The notes beneath the pieces are model-generated. The model saw only the letters and a program-made list of their open reading frames with translations. It had not been told where the DNA came from and did no database searches. From Candidatus Magnetaquiglobus chichijimensis (GTDB lineage Bacteria > Pseudomonadota > Magnetococcia > Magnetococcales > Magnetaquicoccaceae): DNA of 32,000 nucleotides. The position numbers and the translations under genes are program-made. The stretch covers positions 435,989 to 467,988 of the forward strand of contig NZ_BAAFGK010000002.1 in assembly GCF_045865675.1 (NCBI RefSeq). Reading direction: 5' to 3'. Below, piece after piece: positions 1-8,854 of the stretch. How positions within the stretch are numbered: the first letter of the stretch is position 1; every line of letters starts with the position of its first letter.

Positions 1-832
1 GATCTTGTGGTTGGGCTGGTGTGGGGCGGTCGTCGCCGCACCGACCGATCCGCCATTTCCCAGGCGCATCGTCGCCCTTGCCCCAAACCTCACCGAGCTG
101 CTTTTTGCTGTCGGTGCCGGCGGGCAACTGGTGGCGGTGGCCGATTACAGCGACCACCCCCCGGATGCCCGTGCCATTCCCCGCATCGGCGGCTACGATC
201 GTTTCGATCCCGAGGCGGTGATCGCCGCCCGTCCGGATCTGGTGATCGGCTGGCCGGGAGGCAATCCGGAACACCTGCTGGAGAGCCTCAAGCGGTTCGG
301 ATTGACCGTTTGGCTGTTGGATCCGCGCCGTCTGGATGACATCCCGGCGGCACTCGAAACGCTGGCCTCCCTGACCGGTCACAAGGATCAGGGAGACCAG
401 CAGGCCGCCGCGTTTCGGGAGCGGCTGGAGCGGTTGCGTTCGCGTCCGCGTCAGGGTGAACCGGTTCGCGTTTTCTACCAGGTTTGGCACGAGCCGCTCA
501 TGACCGTCAACGGCGACCATCTGATCAGCGACGTGATCCGCCTGTGCGGCGGTGAAAACATCTTCGCCGACCTGCCCGGACTGGCTCCGGTGATCGATCT
601 GGAGGCGGTGTTGGCCCGCGATCCGGAGGCGATCGTGGCCAGCGGCATGGATGCCTCGCGACCCGAGTGGCTCGATCGCTGGCAGCGCTGGAGCCCGCTT
701 CTGGCCGTGCGCCGGGGGAACCTTTTCTTCGTTCCCCCGGACCTGCTCCAGCGCCACACCCCGCGCATCCTGGATGGCGCGGAGCTGCTTTGCGATCAGA
801 TGGCGCAGGCGCGCCAGCGTCGCGGGCGGTGA
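1..832 (+). CDS. btuF: Periplasmic ABC substrate-binding protein, cobalamin-binding BtuF-like. The N-terminus is probably cut by the window edge.
   Basis: The ORF at 5..832 is open to the window start. 'RIVALAPNLTELLFAVGAGGQLVAVADYSDHP' and 'RPDLVIGW' are typical of the BtuF/FhuD-type binding-protein fold. It converges on a riboswitch-controlled btuB-like receptor, with stop codons 4 nt apart. Confidence 0.7.
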   Translation, partial: ILWLGWCGAVVAAPTDPPFPRRIVALAPNLTELLFAVGAGGQLVAVADYSDHPPDARAIPRIGGYDRFDPEAVIAARPDLVIGWPGGNPEHLLESLKRFGLTVWLLDPRRLDDIPAALETLASLTGHKDQGDQQAAAFRERLERLRSRPRQGEPVRVFYQVWHEPLMTVNGDHLISDVIRLCGGENIFADLPGLAPVIDLEAVLARDPEAIVASGMDASRPEWLDRWQRWSPLLAVRRGNLFFVPPDLLQRHTPRILDGAELLCDQMAQARQRRGR

Positions 833-836
833 CCGC

Positions 837-2771
837 TCAGAAGTGCGACGTGACCCCCACCAGGAAGGTCCGTCCCGGCGAGGCGAACCAGCCCCGCTCG
901 GGCGGAAAACCGAAGCTCAAGCCGCCGAACTCCGCATACTCGCGTCCGGTCAGGTTGTTCACCTTCAACCAGCCCGTCGTGTTGGACCATTGATGACGCA
1001 CGCTCGCATCCAGCAGCCAATATCCAGCCTGTTCGCCGTAGCCATTGGCGAAGTCGCTGATGTAAGGGCGTGATCCGATGTAGCGACCATCCAGCTCCCA
1101 GGTCTGTTGTTCCCACGGGAAATAGCGGAGCGTGCCGCCTCCCTTGAAGCCGGCAACACCGGGCATCCGTTTGCCGGCATAGGTGCCGGAGTCGATTTCC
1201 GCTTTTGTCCAGGTCGTGTAACCGGTCAGGGACCAGGATTCGAACTGCTTTTCCATTTGCAGCTCCAAACCGTCGCGGGTCACCGTGCCATTCAGGTTGG
1301 TATTCACCCCAGCCATGAGATCGTAGTAGATCTCGTCCCGTGTCACGACACGAAACAGATTGATCTCCCCCTTGAGCGTGGGGTTCCAGGTGTGCCGCCA
1401 ACCGGTCTGCCACTCTTGAGCCTGTTGCGGTCGAATCGCCGTATTGACGTTGACCATGAAGGTCGTGGTGTCGAACACGAAGAACTCATCGAGCAACGGG
1501 AAGCGGAAGCTCCGGGAAAAATTGACGTGCAGTCGATTGCTGGCATCGGGTTCATAGGCGATGCCCGTGGAGTAGGACTGCTCGTTCCGATGTACCCGAT
1601 CCGGTTGATAGGCGGCGAATTGAAATTCCGCCCGATCGTGGCGGAACGCCTGCGTCCATGTCCATTGAGGCGACAACCGGAGTTCATTATGCGCATAGAT
1701 TCCCAGGGACTCTTTGCCCAGATCGTCGCTGCCGATGCGTGCCTCGACATCCTGATAATCCAGCCCCACGGTCACCTGATCGTTGATTCCGCCCCAGGCG
1801 CGGTCGATCCGCAGCCTGGGTGCCAGCATCCAACTGTCTATTTCTGAACGAAAGTTGAAGGGATTGAACAGTTGATCCCGATTGCGTTTGGAAAGATCCA
1901 TGGTGAATTGCGCGTGTTCGGAAAGACGCAACTCCGGGGTTATCTGGATATGATAGTCGGTCACCTCGGCGGACTGGTTGGGCGTGGTGGTGGCTTTTCT
2001 GTTGATTCCCTTGGCCAGATCGCTCTCCTTGATCGCGGAGGGAAGGCGTGACGTGTCGGTCTGATAGCCGGCGCTCAAGTTCAGCGCCAGGGCGTCATGG
2101 GCCTGATAGCGGAGTTTCAGGCCGGTATCGCGGGCTTCCAGATCGCTGTTGTCGCGAAATCCGTCCAGATTCTTGAACCCGGCACTCAAGGCGTAGGAGA
2201 GATCGTTGTGAGTTTCGTCCAGGTGCATGCGTGTGGTGGCCAGGCCGTGACTCCCGGCTTCGAACTGGATCTCACGCCCCGACTCTTGACCTCCCGAACG
2301 GGTGATGATGTTCACGACCCCTCCCGTGGCATTATCCCCGTAGAGTGCGCCAGCCGATCCGCCACGGATGATTTCGATTTTTTCAACGCGTGCCAGAGGG
2401 ATTTGCAACCAGTCCACGCCGCTCAGGTCAGCCTGATTGATGCGTCGTCCATCGACCAGCACCAGGGTATTGTACCCCGAGGTTTCGCCGAAGCCGCGCA
2501 GATCCACGTTGAAATAGCGGCTGTTGCCGGTGATATCGACGACATGGAGTCCGGCCTGTCCGCGCAACAGGTCCGGGATCGAGGTGGCGTGGCTTTCGGC
2601 GATCTCTTCGCGGCTGATGGTGGTGATTTGGGTTGGAATGGTCGAGCGTTTGGCCGGGAAGCGGGTTGCGGTGACCACCATCTCATCGAGGGTGGTGGTT
2701 TCGGCGGTTTGGCCGTCAGTGGGGGGGATGAAACCAAGGCATAACAAGGACAAACAGGAAATCCGACGCAT
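837..2771 (-). CDS. btuB: TonB-dependent outer-membrane receptor, cobalamin receptor BtuB-like
   Basis: 644 aa. It has a signal peptide, the TonB box 'DEMVVTATR', plug-domain motifs ('IEIIRGGSAGALYG') and a C-terminal aromatic residue ('...VGVTSHF'). A cobalamin riboswitch lies immediately upstream on the same strand. Confidence 0.88.
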   Translation of the reverse strand: MRRISCLSLLCLGFIPPTDGQTAETTTLDEMVVTATRFPAKRSTIPTQITTISREEIAESHATSIPDLLRGQAGLHVVDITGNSRYFNVDLRGFGETSGYNTLVLVDGRRINQADLSGVDWLQIPLARVEKIEIIRGGSAGALYGDNATGGVVNIITRSGGQESGREIQFEAGSHGLATTRMHLDETHNDLSYALSAGFKNLDGFRDNSDLEARDTGLKLRYQAHDALALNLSAGYQTDTSRLPSAIKESDLAKGINRKATTTPNQSAEVTDYHIQITPELRLSEHAQFTMDLSKRNRDQLFNPFNFRSEIDSWMLAPRLRIDRAWGGINDQVTVGLDYQDVEARIGSDDLGKESLGIYAHNELRLSPQWTWTQAFRHDRAEFQFAAYQPDRVHRNEQSYSTGIAYEPDASNRLHVNFSRSFRFPLLDEFFVFDTTTFMVNVNTAIRPQQAQEWQTGWRHTWNPTLKGEINLFRVVTRDEIYYDLMAGVNTNLNGTVTRDGLELQMEKQFESWSLTGYTTWTKAEIDSGTYAGKRMPGVAGFKGGGTLRYFPWEQQTWELDGRYIGSRPYISDFANGYGEQAGYWLLDASVRHQWSNTTGWLKVNNLTGREYAEFGGLSFGFPPERGWFASPGRTFLVGVTSHF

Positions 2772-2939
2772 GGGGCGTTCCTCCGGATCTGTTTCTCGAG
2801 CTCTCCCGCATCGAGAACAAGGGGGGGTGTGCGTCCACGCGGATCAGGGGAGAAAGAACGGAAACTGCTGGAAAAACCGTCGGAAAGCCAGGCGCAAGGG
2901 TTTTCCAAGCCGCCGCCCCGCGCGACGCGACTTAAAAAA

Positions 2940-3150
2940 TCACCTCAAGGCCGGTCTCCGGGCTGACGAGCGACATGGGGGGGCATTCCCAGGTCAGCGA
3001 AAATCGCCTTCCCACCCTTTTTGGGCAGTGGCATCCATCCATTTTCGCCTTGACTCGATCACCGTTGCGGGGGCAGCGCCGGATTTGAAGAGGGATCTTC
3101 CACCGGACTTCCCGTTTCACCCCTCCCTTGCGGGTGGGGAACCTTGCGGC
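2940..3150 (-). promoter_or_regulatory. Cobalamin (B12) riboswitch in the btuB leader
   Basis: All conserved blocks are read on the minus strand. 'GGGAAGTCCGGTGGAAGATCC' is the reverse complement (rc) of 3093..3113. 'CTGCCCCCGCAACGGTG' is rc of 3060..3076. 'GCCACTG' is rc of 3026..3032. The B12 box 'CAGCCCGGAGACCGGCC' is rc of 2949..2965. Downstream, an imperfect hairpin (rc of about 2882..2906) followed by GGTTTTT (rc of 2872..2878) could be the expression-platform terminator. Confidence 0.9.
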
Positions 3151-3160
3151 ATGGGGGGAG

Positions 3161-3190
3161 ACGATAGAGAGGTGGGGTGTGGGGTGTCAA
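3161..3190 (-). promoter_or_regulatory. Candidate sigma-70 promoter for the riboswitch-btuB transcript
   Basis: On the minus strand there is a perfect TTGACA (rc of 3185..3190), an 18-nt spacer, and TATCGT (rc of 3161..3166). This is placed about 10 nt upstream of the apparent start of the riboswitch. Confidence 0.4.
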
Positions 3191-3408
3191 GGGGGAAAAA
3201 TGGGCGGGGAGGATGTAGAGGATGTGGAGGGGGCGGGTGGAATGGTTGTGATGATTAATTATTAAAGTTATTAAAAGGGTTCAAAGTCAAATCGGAGAGC
3301 CGTGTACGGAAAAACCGTAAGCACGGTTCGATCAGGGGGGGGAACGGGTCGCAGGACACCGCGCCCATGCTTTTTTTACGCCCCGGACCCTGCCGGTTTG
3401 TGCGCGCG

Positions 3409-5031
3409 TCATCCCCCCGTCATCCCCTCCACCAACTCGACCAGCCTGGGCAAATCCACCTTGTTGTTGGCATTGAGCGGCAATTGGGATAACCTTTGTA
3501 ACTGTTTGGGCACCATGTACGGTGGCAAACGCCGCGCCATCTCGGCCAGAATCTCTTCGTCCGCGACCTTCGAACCACTCACAAATCCCACCACACTCGT
3601 GACATTCCCCCCGCGTGGCGGCCAGCCGATCACCGCGACCTGCTCGCTTCCGGCAACCTGACGCAACACATGCTCGATCTCAGACAACTCCACCCGATAA
3701 CCTCGGATCTTCAACTGCCGGTCCACACGATCCAAATAGTGGTAACCCACCCCGTCACGCCACTCCACCAGATCCCCGGTCCGGTACCAACGCCGCACCA
3801 TCCCGTCCGGTCCCGACATCTCCCGATAGCTCTTTTCGGTCTCGACGGGATTGCGCCAATACCCCGGCGTCACCTGCGAACCCGCCAGACACAACTCCCC
3901 ACGCGCACCATCCTCGTTGGCGATCAGTCGATCATCGACCAACAACGCCGCCATCTGACCCGGATAGGGGAGACCGATCGGCACGATGTCGTTGAGACAC
4001 TCCCCATCCGAAACATCGCCACGCCAGAGGTAGCCGGTGACGCAGATTGTCCCCTCGGTGGGACCGTAACTGTTGTCGATCACGGCGTTGGGAGCGGCAA
4101 CCTGCCAGCGCCGCGCCGCTTCGCGTCCGAGTCGCTCACCACCAAACACCGTCCAACGCAACGATGGAAACGCACCAGGACGCAACAGATGCATGCGCCG
4201 CATGAAATCGATCACCGCCGGAACCGACTCCCAAAAGGTGATCCCATGCTCCTGAATGAACTTCGCCGGGGCCATGCGCTGCTCTTCAGGCACCGGATAA
4301 AGCGTCGCACCCGCAGCCCAGCAGACGAACTGGTCATACACCGAAGCATCAAACGTCATGTCGCTGTGCTGCGAAAACCGATCCTCCGGAGTGGGACGAT
4401 ACCGCTCGATCATCCCCTCCACGAACGCCTGAACATTCTCCTGGGAAACCATCACCCCCTTGGGAATCCCGGTGCTGCCCGAAGTGAAGAGCAGATAGGC
4501 GATGCCGTGGTTGGGAGATTTGGGTTCGCGGATGGTTCTGGGAACCACGGCCAACTCGGACTGGCTGATGAAACGATGTCTCGACTGGTTCGCGGTCCAC
4601 TCGGGCAGAACGGCGTGATCCGGCATGAGCACGGTCAATGGACGCGGCATCTGCTCCAGAAGTTCTTGCGCACCCTCCGCGCACCGGCCATCCAGAATCA
4701 ACATCCCGATTCCGGACAGATCGGCGATGCGCAGGTTGCGCGCCACCGGGAAGTGCGGGTTGAGCGGTACATATCCCTTGCCGGCATACAGAATCGCCAA
4801 CACGGCGGCATAGGCGGTCGCACTGCGATAGCCGAACATCCCCACCGTCGGTTGTTCCGGGTCAGGGTCGTGCGCTTCGATGGCCGAGGCGAGCGCCAAT
4901 ACCCGCTCCAGGATCGCGGCGTAACGGAACGTCGTGCCCCCCACGCACAGGGCGAGATGGTCGCCCCGACGCAGGGCGCTTTGATGGAATCCAATGGCGA
5001 TGTTGATCGGGCTGGGGCTGTTCATCCGCAT
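3409..5031 (-). CDS. Stand-alone adenylation enzyme (AMP-dependent ligase), DltA-like carrier-protein ligase
   Basis: 540 aa. It carries the adenylate-forming superfamily core motifs 'LLFTSGSTGIPKGV', 'YGPTEGT', 'YRTGDLVEW' and 'LKIRGYRVELSEIE', and a C-terminal 'NNKVDLPRL'. There is no fused carrier or condensation domain. It is the last gene of a carrier/MBOAT/ligase operon. Confidence 0.85.
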   Translation of the reverse strand: MRMNSPSPINIAIGFHQSALRRGDHLALCVGGTTFRYAAILERVLALASAIEAHDPDPEQPTVGMFGYRSATAYAAVLAILYAGKGYVPLNPHFPVARNLRIADLSGIGMLILDGRCAEGAQELLEQMPRPLTVLMPDHAVLPEWTANQSRHRFISQSELAVVPRTIREPKSPNHGIAYLLFTSGSTGIPKGVMVSQENVQAFVEGMIERYRPTPEDRFSQHSDMTFDASVYDQFVCWAAGATLYPVPEEQRMAPAKFIQEHGITFWESVPAVIDFMRRMHLLRPGAFPSLRWTVFGGERLGREAARRWQVAAPNAVIDNSYGPTEGTICVTGYLWRGDVSDGECLNDIVPIGLPYPGQMAALLVDDRLIANEDGARGELCLAGSQVTPGYWRNPVETEKSYREMSGPDGMVRRWYRTGDLVEWRDGVGYHYLDRVDRQLKIRGYRVELSEIEHVLRQVAGSEQVAVIGWPPRGGNVTSVVGFVSGSKVADEEILAEMARRLPPYMVPKQLQRLSQLPLNANNKVDLPRLVELVEGMTGG

Positions 5032-5130
5032 TCGGGGGCGTTCAATGCAAGAGGGTGGATCACCATGGAACTCCCGCCAGGGAGGTCCATGGTACGGGGG
5101 GTGTGGGGGTTATCCCCCCATCCTGTCAAA

Positions 5131-6570
5131 TTACAAACGGATGCCGAAAATGGCAAAAAAGAAGGTGGTATCGGTCATGAACGAGGAGTTGCCGTGGTCC
5201 CAGATACGCAGAATGGTGAAAAAAAGCCATACGCCAGCAATCTTGCGCACCGTCGTCCAGGTGGACGAAGTGGCGGCATGCTCCTTTCCGCGTTGGTTCT
5301 GTTCTTTCAGGATGCTCAGGAAGATCGCCAGTCCGAGCACGGCCGTGTAGAACAGGTAGGAGGAGAATTTGGCGAAGTTGAGGGGCTCGCCGCTGATCAT
5401 CAGTCTGTCGAAATGTTGCAGAAAATGATAATAAAAGTTTCCAAAACAGGCCGAGGCCATGGTGGCCGCGAAGATGCGCAGCTTGGGATGGCTGCGGAAA
5501 AAGGAGAGATAGATCGGAAAGAAGAAGAAATCGACCAGAAGCTCCTTGAAATAAAAATAATACCGGTTCCAGAAGTCGATCAGGCTCTTGGCCAGCAAGG
5601 GCTTGTAGGTGTTGCGGAAGACATGGAAACCGAACAGACGCAGACAGCCGACGATCATGTGTCCGTAGATGGCCAGCTGGGTGGTTTCGTACACCATGTC
5701 GATGACCAGACTGCTCCAGACCACGGCCAGATGCGGCATCGTGGTGGCGCTGATGGCGATCAGTTCGGTGATGTGGTAGAGCCTGAACAGTGGTGGGAGG
5801 TTGGGATCATGACTGAAAAAAAGCCAGTCGAGCACATCCAGGCTCTGATCCCAGATGAAAGCGAGCACAAGCAGCTTGAGACCGGCCATCTGGGCCTTGG
5901 CCAGATCCAGGCGCCCGTCGGCCATTTTGGAGTTGAGGTACTCCAACCCCTTGCCGAACGGCACCTGGCTCGAGCCCAGGTAGGGGAGGCAGTAGGTGAG
6001 ATGTTCGAGGAAGTTGGTTTTCTTGATCGATCCCCGTTTGCCCGAATAGAGCATGAAGCCGAGACGCCAGACCAGAAAGGAAAAGAAGATCAGACAGACG
6101 TTCAGGTTGGCGGTGAAAACCCAGGCTGGATTCTGACGGAAATCGTCCGGCAGATAGAAGATCACGATGATGGCCAGCCACAACAGAAGGTGCAGGGCGA
6201 CCTGGGGATTGCTCTTGACGATTTTCGGCAGTCTGGAAAACGACAGGGAGACCCGGTAGAGCAGATAGATCAGACCGATGATGATCGCGGCATCGAAAGC
6301 GAACCAGAAGGTCTGGAACACCTGGAGCTGATTGAGTTTTTTAAGCAGGAACAGTCCGCCGCCGCCGATGCCCATGATCCAGAGTCGCTTGGCGGGGAAG
6401 AGTTGCGCCACCACCATCACCGGAACCAGAAAAAGGTATTCGGTGGCGCTCAACAACAAAACAACCAAGACCCAAAGAGTTATGTTTCCGTGAAGGGTAA
6501 CGGAAAAATCCCAAAGACGTTGGTCCTCGTGGAGTTGGGTGATTTTCTGGTAAAGATCTCTGGAAATCAT
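5131..6570 (-). CDS. Polytopic membrane-bound O-acyltransferase (MBOAT), DltB/AlgI-like
   Basis: 479 aa, very hydrophobic. 'LFGFHVFRNTYKPLLAKSLIDFWNRYYFYFKELLVDFFFFPIY' aligns by eye to the DltB signature 'NF..[22 protein letters not shown]'. Its ATG overlaps the upstream carrier-protein stop (ATGA at 6567..6570). Its G+C is visibly lower than that of its neighbours. Confidence 0.7.
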   Translation of the reverse strand: MISRDLYQKITQLHEDQRLWDFSVTLHGNITLWVLVVLLLSATEYLFLVPVMVVAQLFPAKRLWIMGIGGGGLFLLKKLNQLQVFQTFWFAFDAAIIIGLIYLLYRVSLSFSRLPKIVKSNPQVALHLLLWLAIIVIFYLPDDFRQNPAWVFTANLNVCLIFFSFLVWRLGFMLYSGKRGSIKKTNFLEHLTYCLPYLGSSQVPFGKGLEYLNSKMADGRLDLAKAQMAGLKLLVLAFIWDQSLDVLDWLFFSHDPNLPPLFRLYHITELIAISATTMPHLAVVWSSLVIDMVYETTQLAIYGHMIVGCLRLFGFHVFRNTYKPLLAKSLIDFWNRYYFYFKELLVDFFFFPIYLSFFRSHPKLRIFAATMASACFGNFYYHFLQHFDRLMISGEPLNFAKFSSYLFYTAVLGLAIFLSILKEQNQRGKEHAATSSTWTTVRKIAGVWLFFTILRIWDHGNSSFMTDTTFFFAIFGIRL

Positions 6571-6821
6571 TTCGCTTGTCTGTCAATGAGATCCAGGATT
6601 TTGTGAATCGATTCGAGTTCCACGGGATCGACACCGGTTTCGGAGAAGTCGATGCCGAATTCGGATTCCAGAAAGGCGATGATCTCCAGCATGGCCAGGG
6701 AGTCGATGAGTCCGGATTTGATCAGGCCGTCGTCATCGTGGATCCGATCCATGCGCGAGTCGGGGCGTTTGATGGTGTTGAGGAACCGAAGGAGTTTTTC
6801 CCGGTTTGCCTGGTTGGCCAT
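6567..6821 (-). CDS. Small acyl/peptidyl carrier protein, DltC-like
   Basis: I start it at ATG 6821, giving 84 aa. This is shorter than the 119-aa track ORF, whose N-terminal 35 aa look non-coding. 'GLIDSLAMLEIIAFLESEFGIDF' is a phosphopantetheine-attachment (DSL) motif resembling DltC 'GILDSMGTVQLLLELQSQF'. Confidence 0.8.
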   Translation of the reverse strand: MANQANREKLLRFLNTIKRPDSRMDRIHDDDGLIKSGLIDSLAMLEIIAFLESEFGIDFSETGVDPVELESIHKILDLIDRQAK

Positions 6822-7048
6822 GGCAGTGCATCCTGGTTGGAAGAAGGCGTCGGGGCTGGTTGGCTCGGGCGCGCGGTCCATGAGACAAGTCTCCCTAAGA
6901 TTGCGCCATTTGGCTCGCGATTTCAAGGCTTGGCCCTTTCCAAAGCAGGGTTTTTCGTGATTTCCCTCGCTCGCTGCCCAGGAATGGCCTATATTCGGGT
7001 TTATCAGGTGGGGGATATAGGGCTTGATCTCATTCGGGAGGGTGATCG

Positions 7049-7405
7049 GTGGGCATGCTCGGATATGTGATTCTGGGGTTGTCGGTGTTGCTGGTGTTCG
7101 TGCCCCTGGTGGGCGGTTATGGAACCCTGGTGCCTGGCGTGTTGGCGTTTCTGGCTCGGGGAACCGGGTTGATGCCTGCCTTGGCCGGAGTGGGGATTAA
7201 TGGGATCCATCTGCTGTTTTTTTCCGATTTTCTCCGTTTCAACGCCGCCTCCGGAATGCGGGACGGGGTTTGGACGCCGGTGGTGATCTATGTCCTGCTG
7301 ATCCTGGTGCAGTTGGGCGCGGGGATCCTGTTGGGGATGCGGCGTTTTCTGCCTGTCGCTTCCGATCAACGATCGGGGGCGGGTCCCAGTCGTGGGAGCA
7401 CATGA
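7049..7405 (+). CDS. Hypothetical small membrane protein
   Basis: 118 aa with 3-4 hydrophobic helices ('MLGYVILGLSVLLVFVPLVGG', 'VVIYVLLILVQLGAGILLG'). GGGAGGG lies 9 nt upstream of GTG 7049, and an alternative ATG is at 7055. The 3' end overlaps the convergent tesA-like gene by 40 nt. I recognised no family. Confidence 0.45.
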   Translation: MGMLGYVILGLSVLLVFVPLVGGYGTLVPGVLAFLARGTGLMPALAGVGINGIHLLFFSDFLRFNAASGMRDGVWTPVVIYVLLILVQLGAGILLGMRRFLPVASDQRSGAGPSRGST

Positions 7406-8008
7406 CGCCACACCGTCTCGAGAATCACCCGATACCCGGCGCTGGTGGGATGGATGCCATCGGGTTGGTTCGTGACCGGATTGCCGGCTACGCCCTCCAG
7501 GAAAAAGGGGATCAGGTCGGCACCGCTCTCCTCGGCCACCTCCGGGTAGATCGCCGCGAACCGTTCCTCGTAGCCGCCGCCGTAATTGGGCGGCAGACGC
7601 ATGCCACCGAGCAGGATCCCTACCCCGGTTCTTTTCAACATAGCGTTGATCTGCAACAGGTTCTCCTTCATGATATCCAGATCCAGACCACGCAGGCCGT
7701 CGTTGGCGCCCAGCACCACGATGGCCAGGGTCGGCTTGGCGCGCAGCGACCACTCCAGACGCCGCAACGCTCCCGCCGTGGTGTCTCCCGACAGGCCGGC
7801 ATTGATCACGCGGTGCGGATAGCCGTGTTGCGCCAGACGCTGTTGCAGCATGGAGGGGTAATCGGTTCCGGGCATCACCCCCCATCCGGCGGTCAGGCTG
7901 TCGCCCAGACAGAGGATCACCGGCCTTTCGTCGGCGTGCGCGGGAGTGGAAAACATGAGCATGACTCCAAGAAAAAACAGATAAATAGATCGATTACGAG
8001 GCTTGAAC

Positions 8009-8010
<2 letters not shown>
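7366..8010 (-). CDS. tesA: Secreted SGNH/GDSL hydrolase, TesA-like (thioesterase I / lysophospholipase L1 type)
   Basis: Start taken at ATG 8010, giving 214 aa. It has a signal peptide 'MFKPRNRSIYLFFLGVMLMFSTPAHA', then the four SGNH blocks 'ILCLGDSLTAG', 'NAGLSGDT', 'VVLGANDG' and 'DGIHPTSAGY'. It sits in the classical divergent arrangement with a ybbA-like ABC ATPase. Confidence 0.85.
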
Positions 8011-8689
<679 letters not shown>

Positions 8690-8854
8690 TGGGGGTGCAA
8701 GGATTAAAAAACTGCTAAATTTTCTTGAATTGCGTGAATCAGCCTTGACCCTGATCAAGGTTGATGCTAATGATTTGTCCGGATGGGTGGTGGCTTTTTA
8801 TTTGATTTATATATGTTTATCAATTCCAATCGGGCGCGTTGGCAAGGAGGGAAC

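Noticed and set aside
3670-6606. 978-aa plus-strand ORF, the second-longest plus-strand ORF in the six-frame track
   Set aside because: It runs antisense to the adenylase and MBOAT genes, both of which carry unmistakable family motifs. Its translation is low-complexity (Arg/His/Gly/Pro/Gln-rich) with no motif. This is a typical stop-codon-poor antisense frame in high-GC DNA.
8690-8854. Sigma-28 (TAAA-N15-GCCGATAA) or sigma-54 promoter upstream of the first chemoreceptor gene
   Set aside because: No GCCGATAA-like -10 is present. The TGGCAAGGAGG overlaps the RBS and lacks the -12 TGC. No promoter could be supported from sequence alone.
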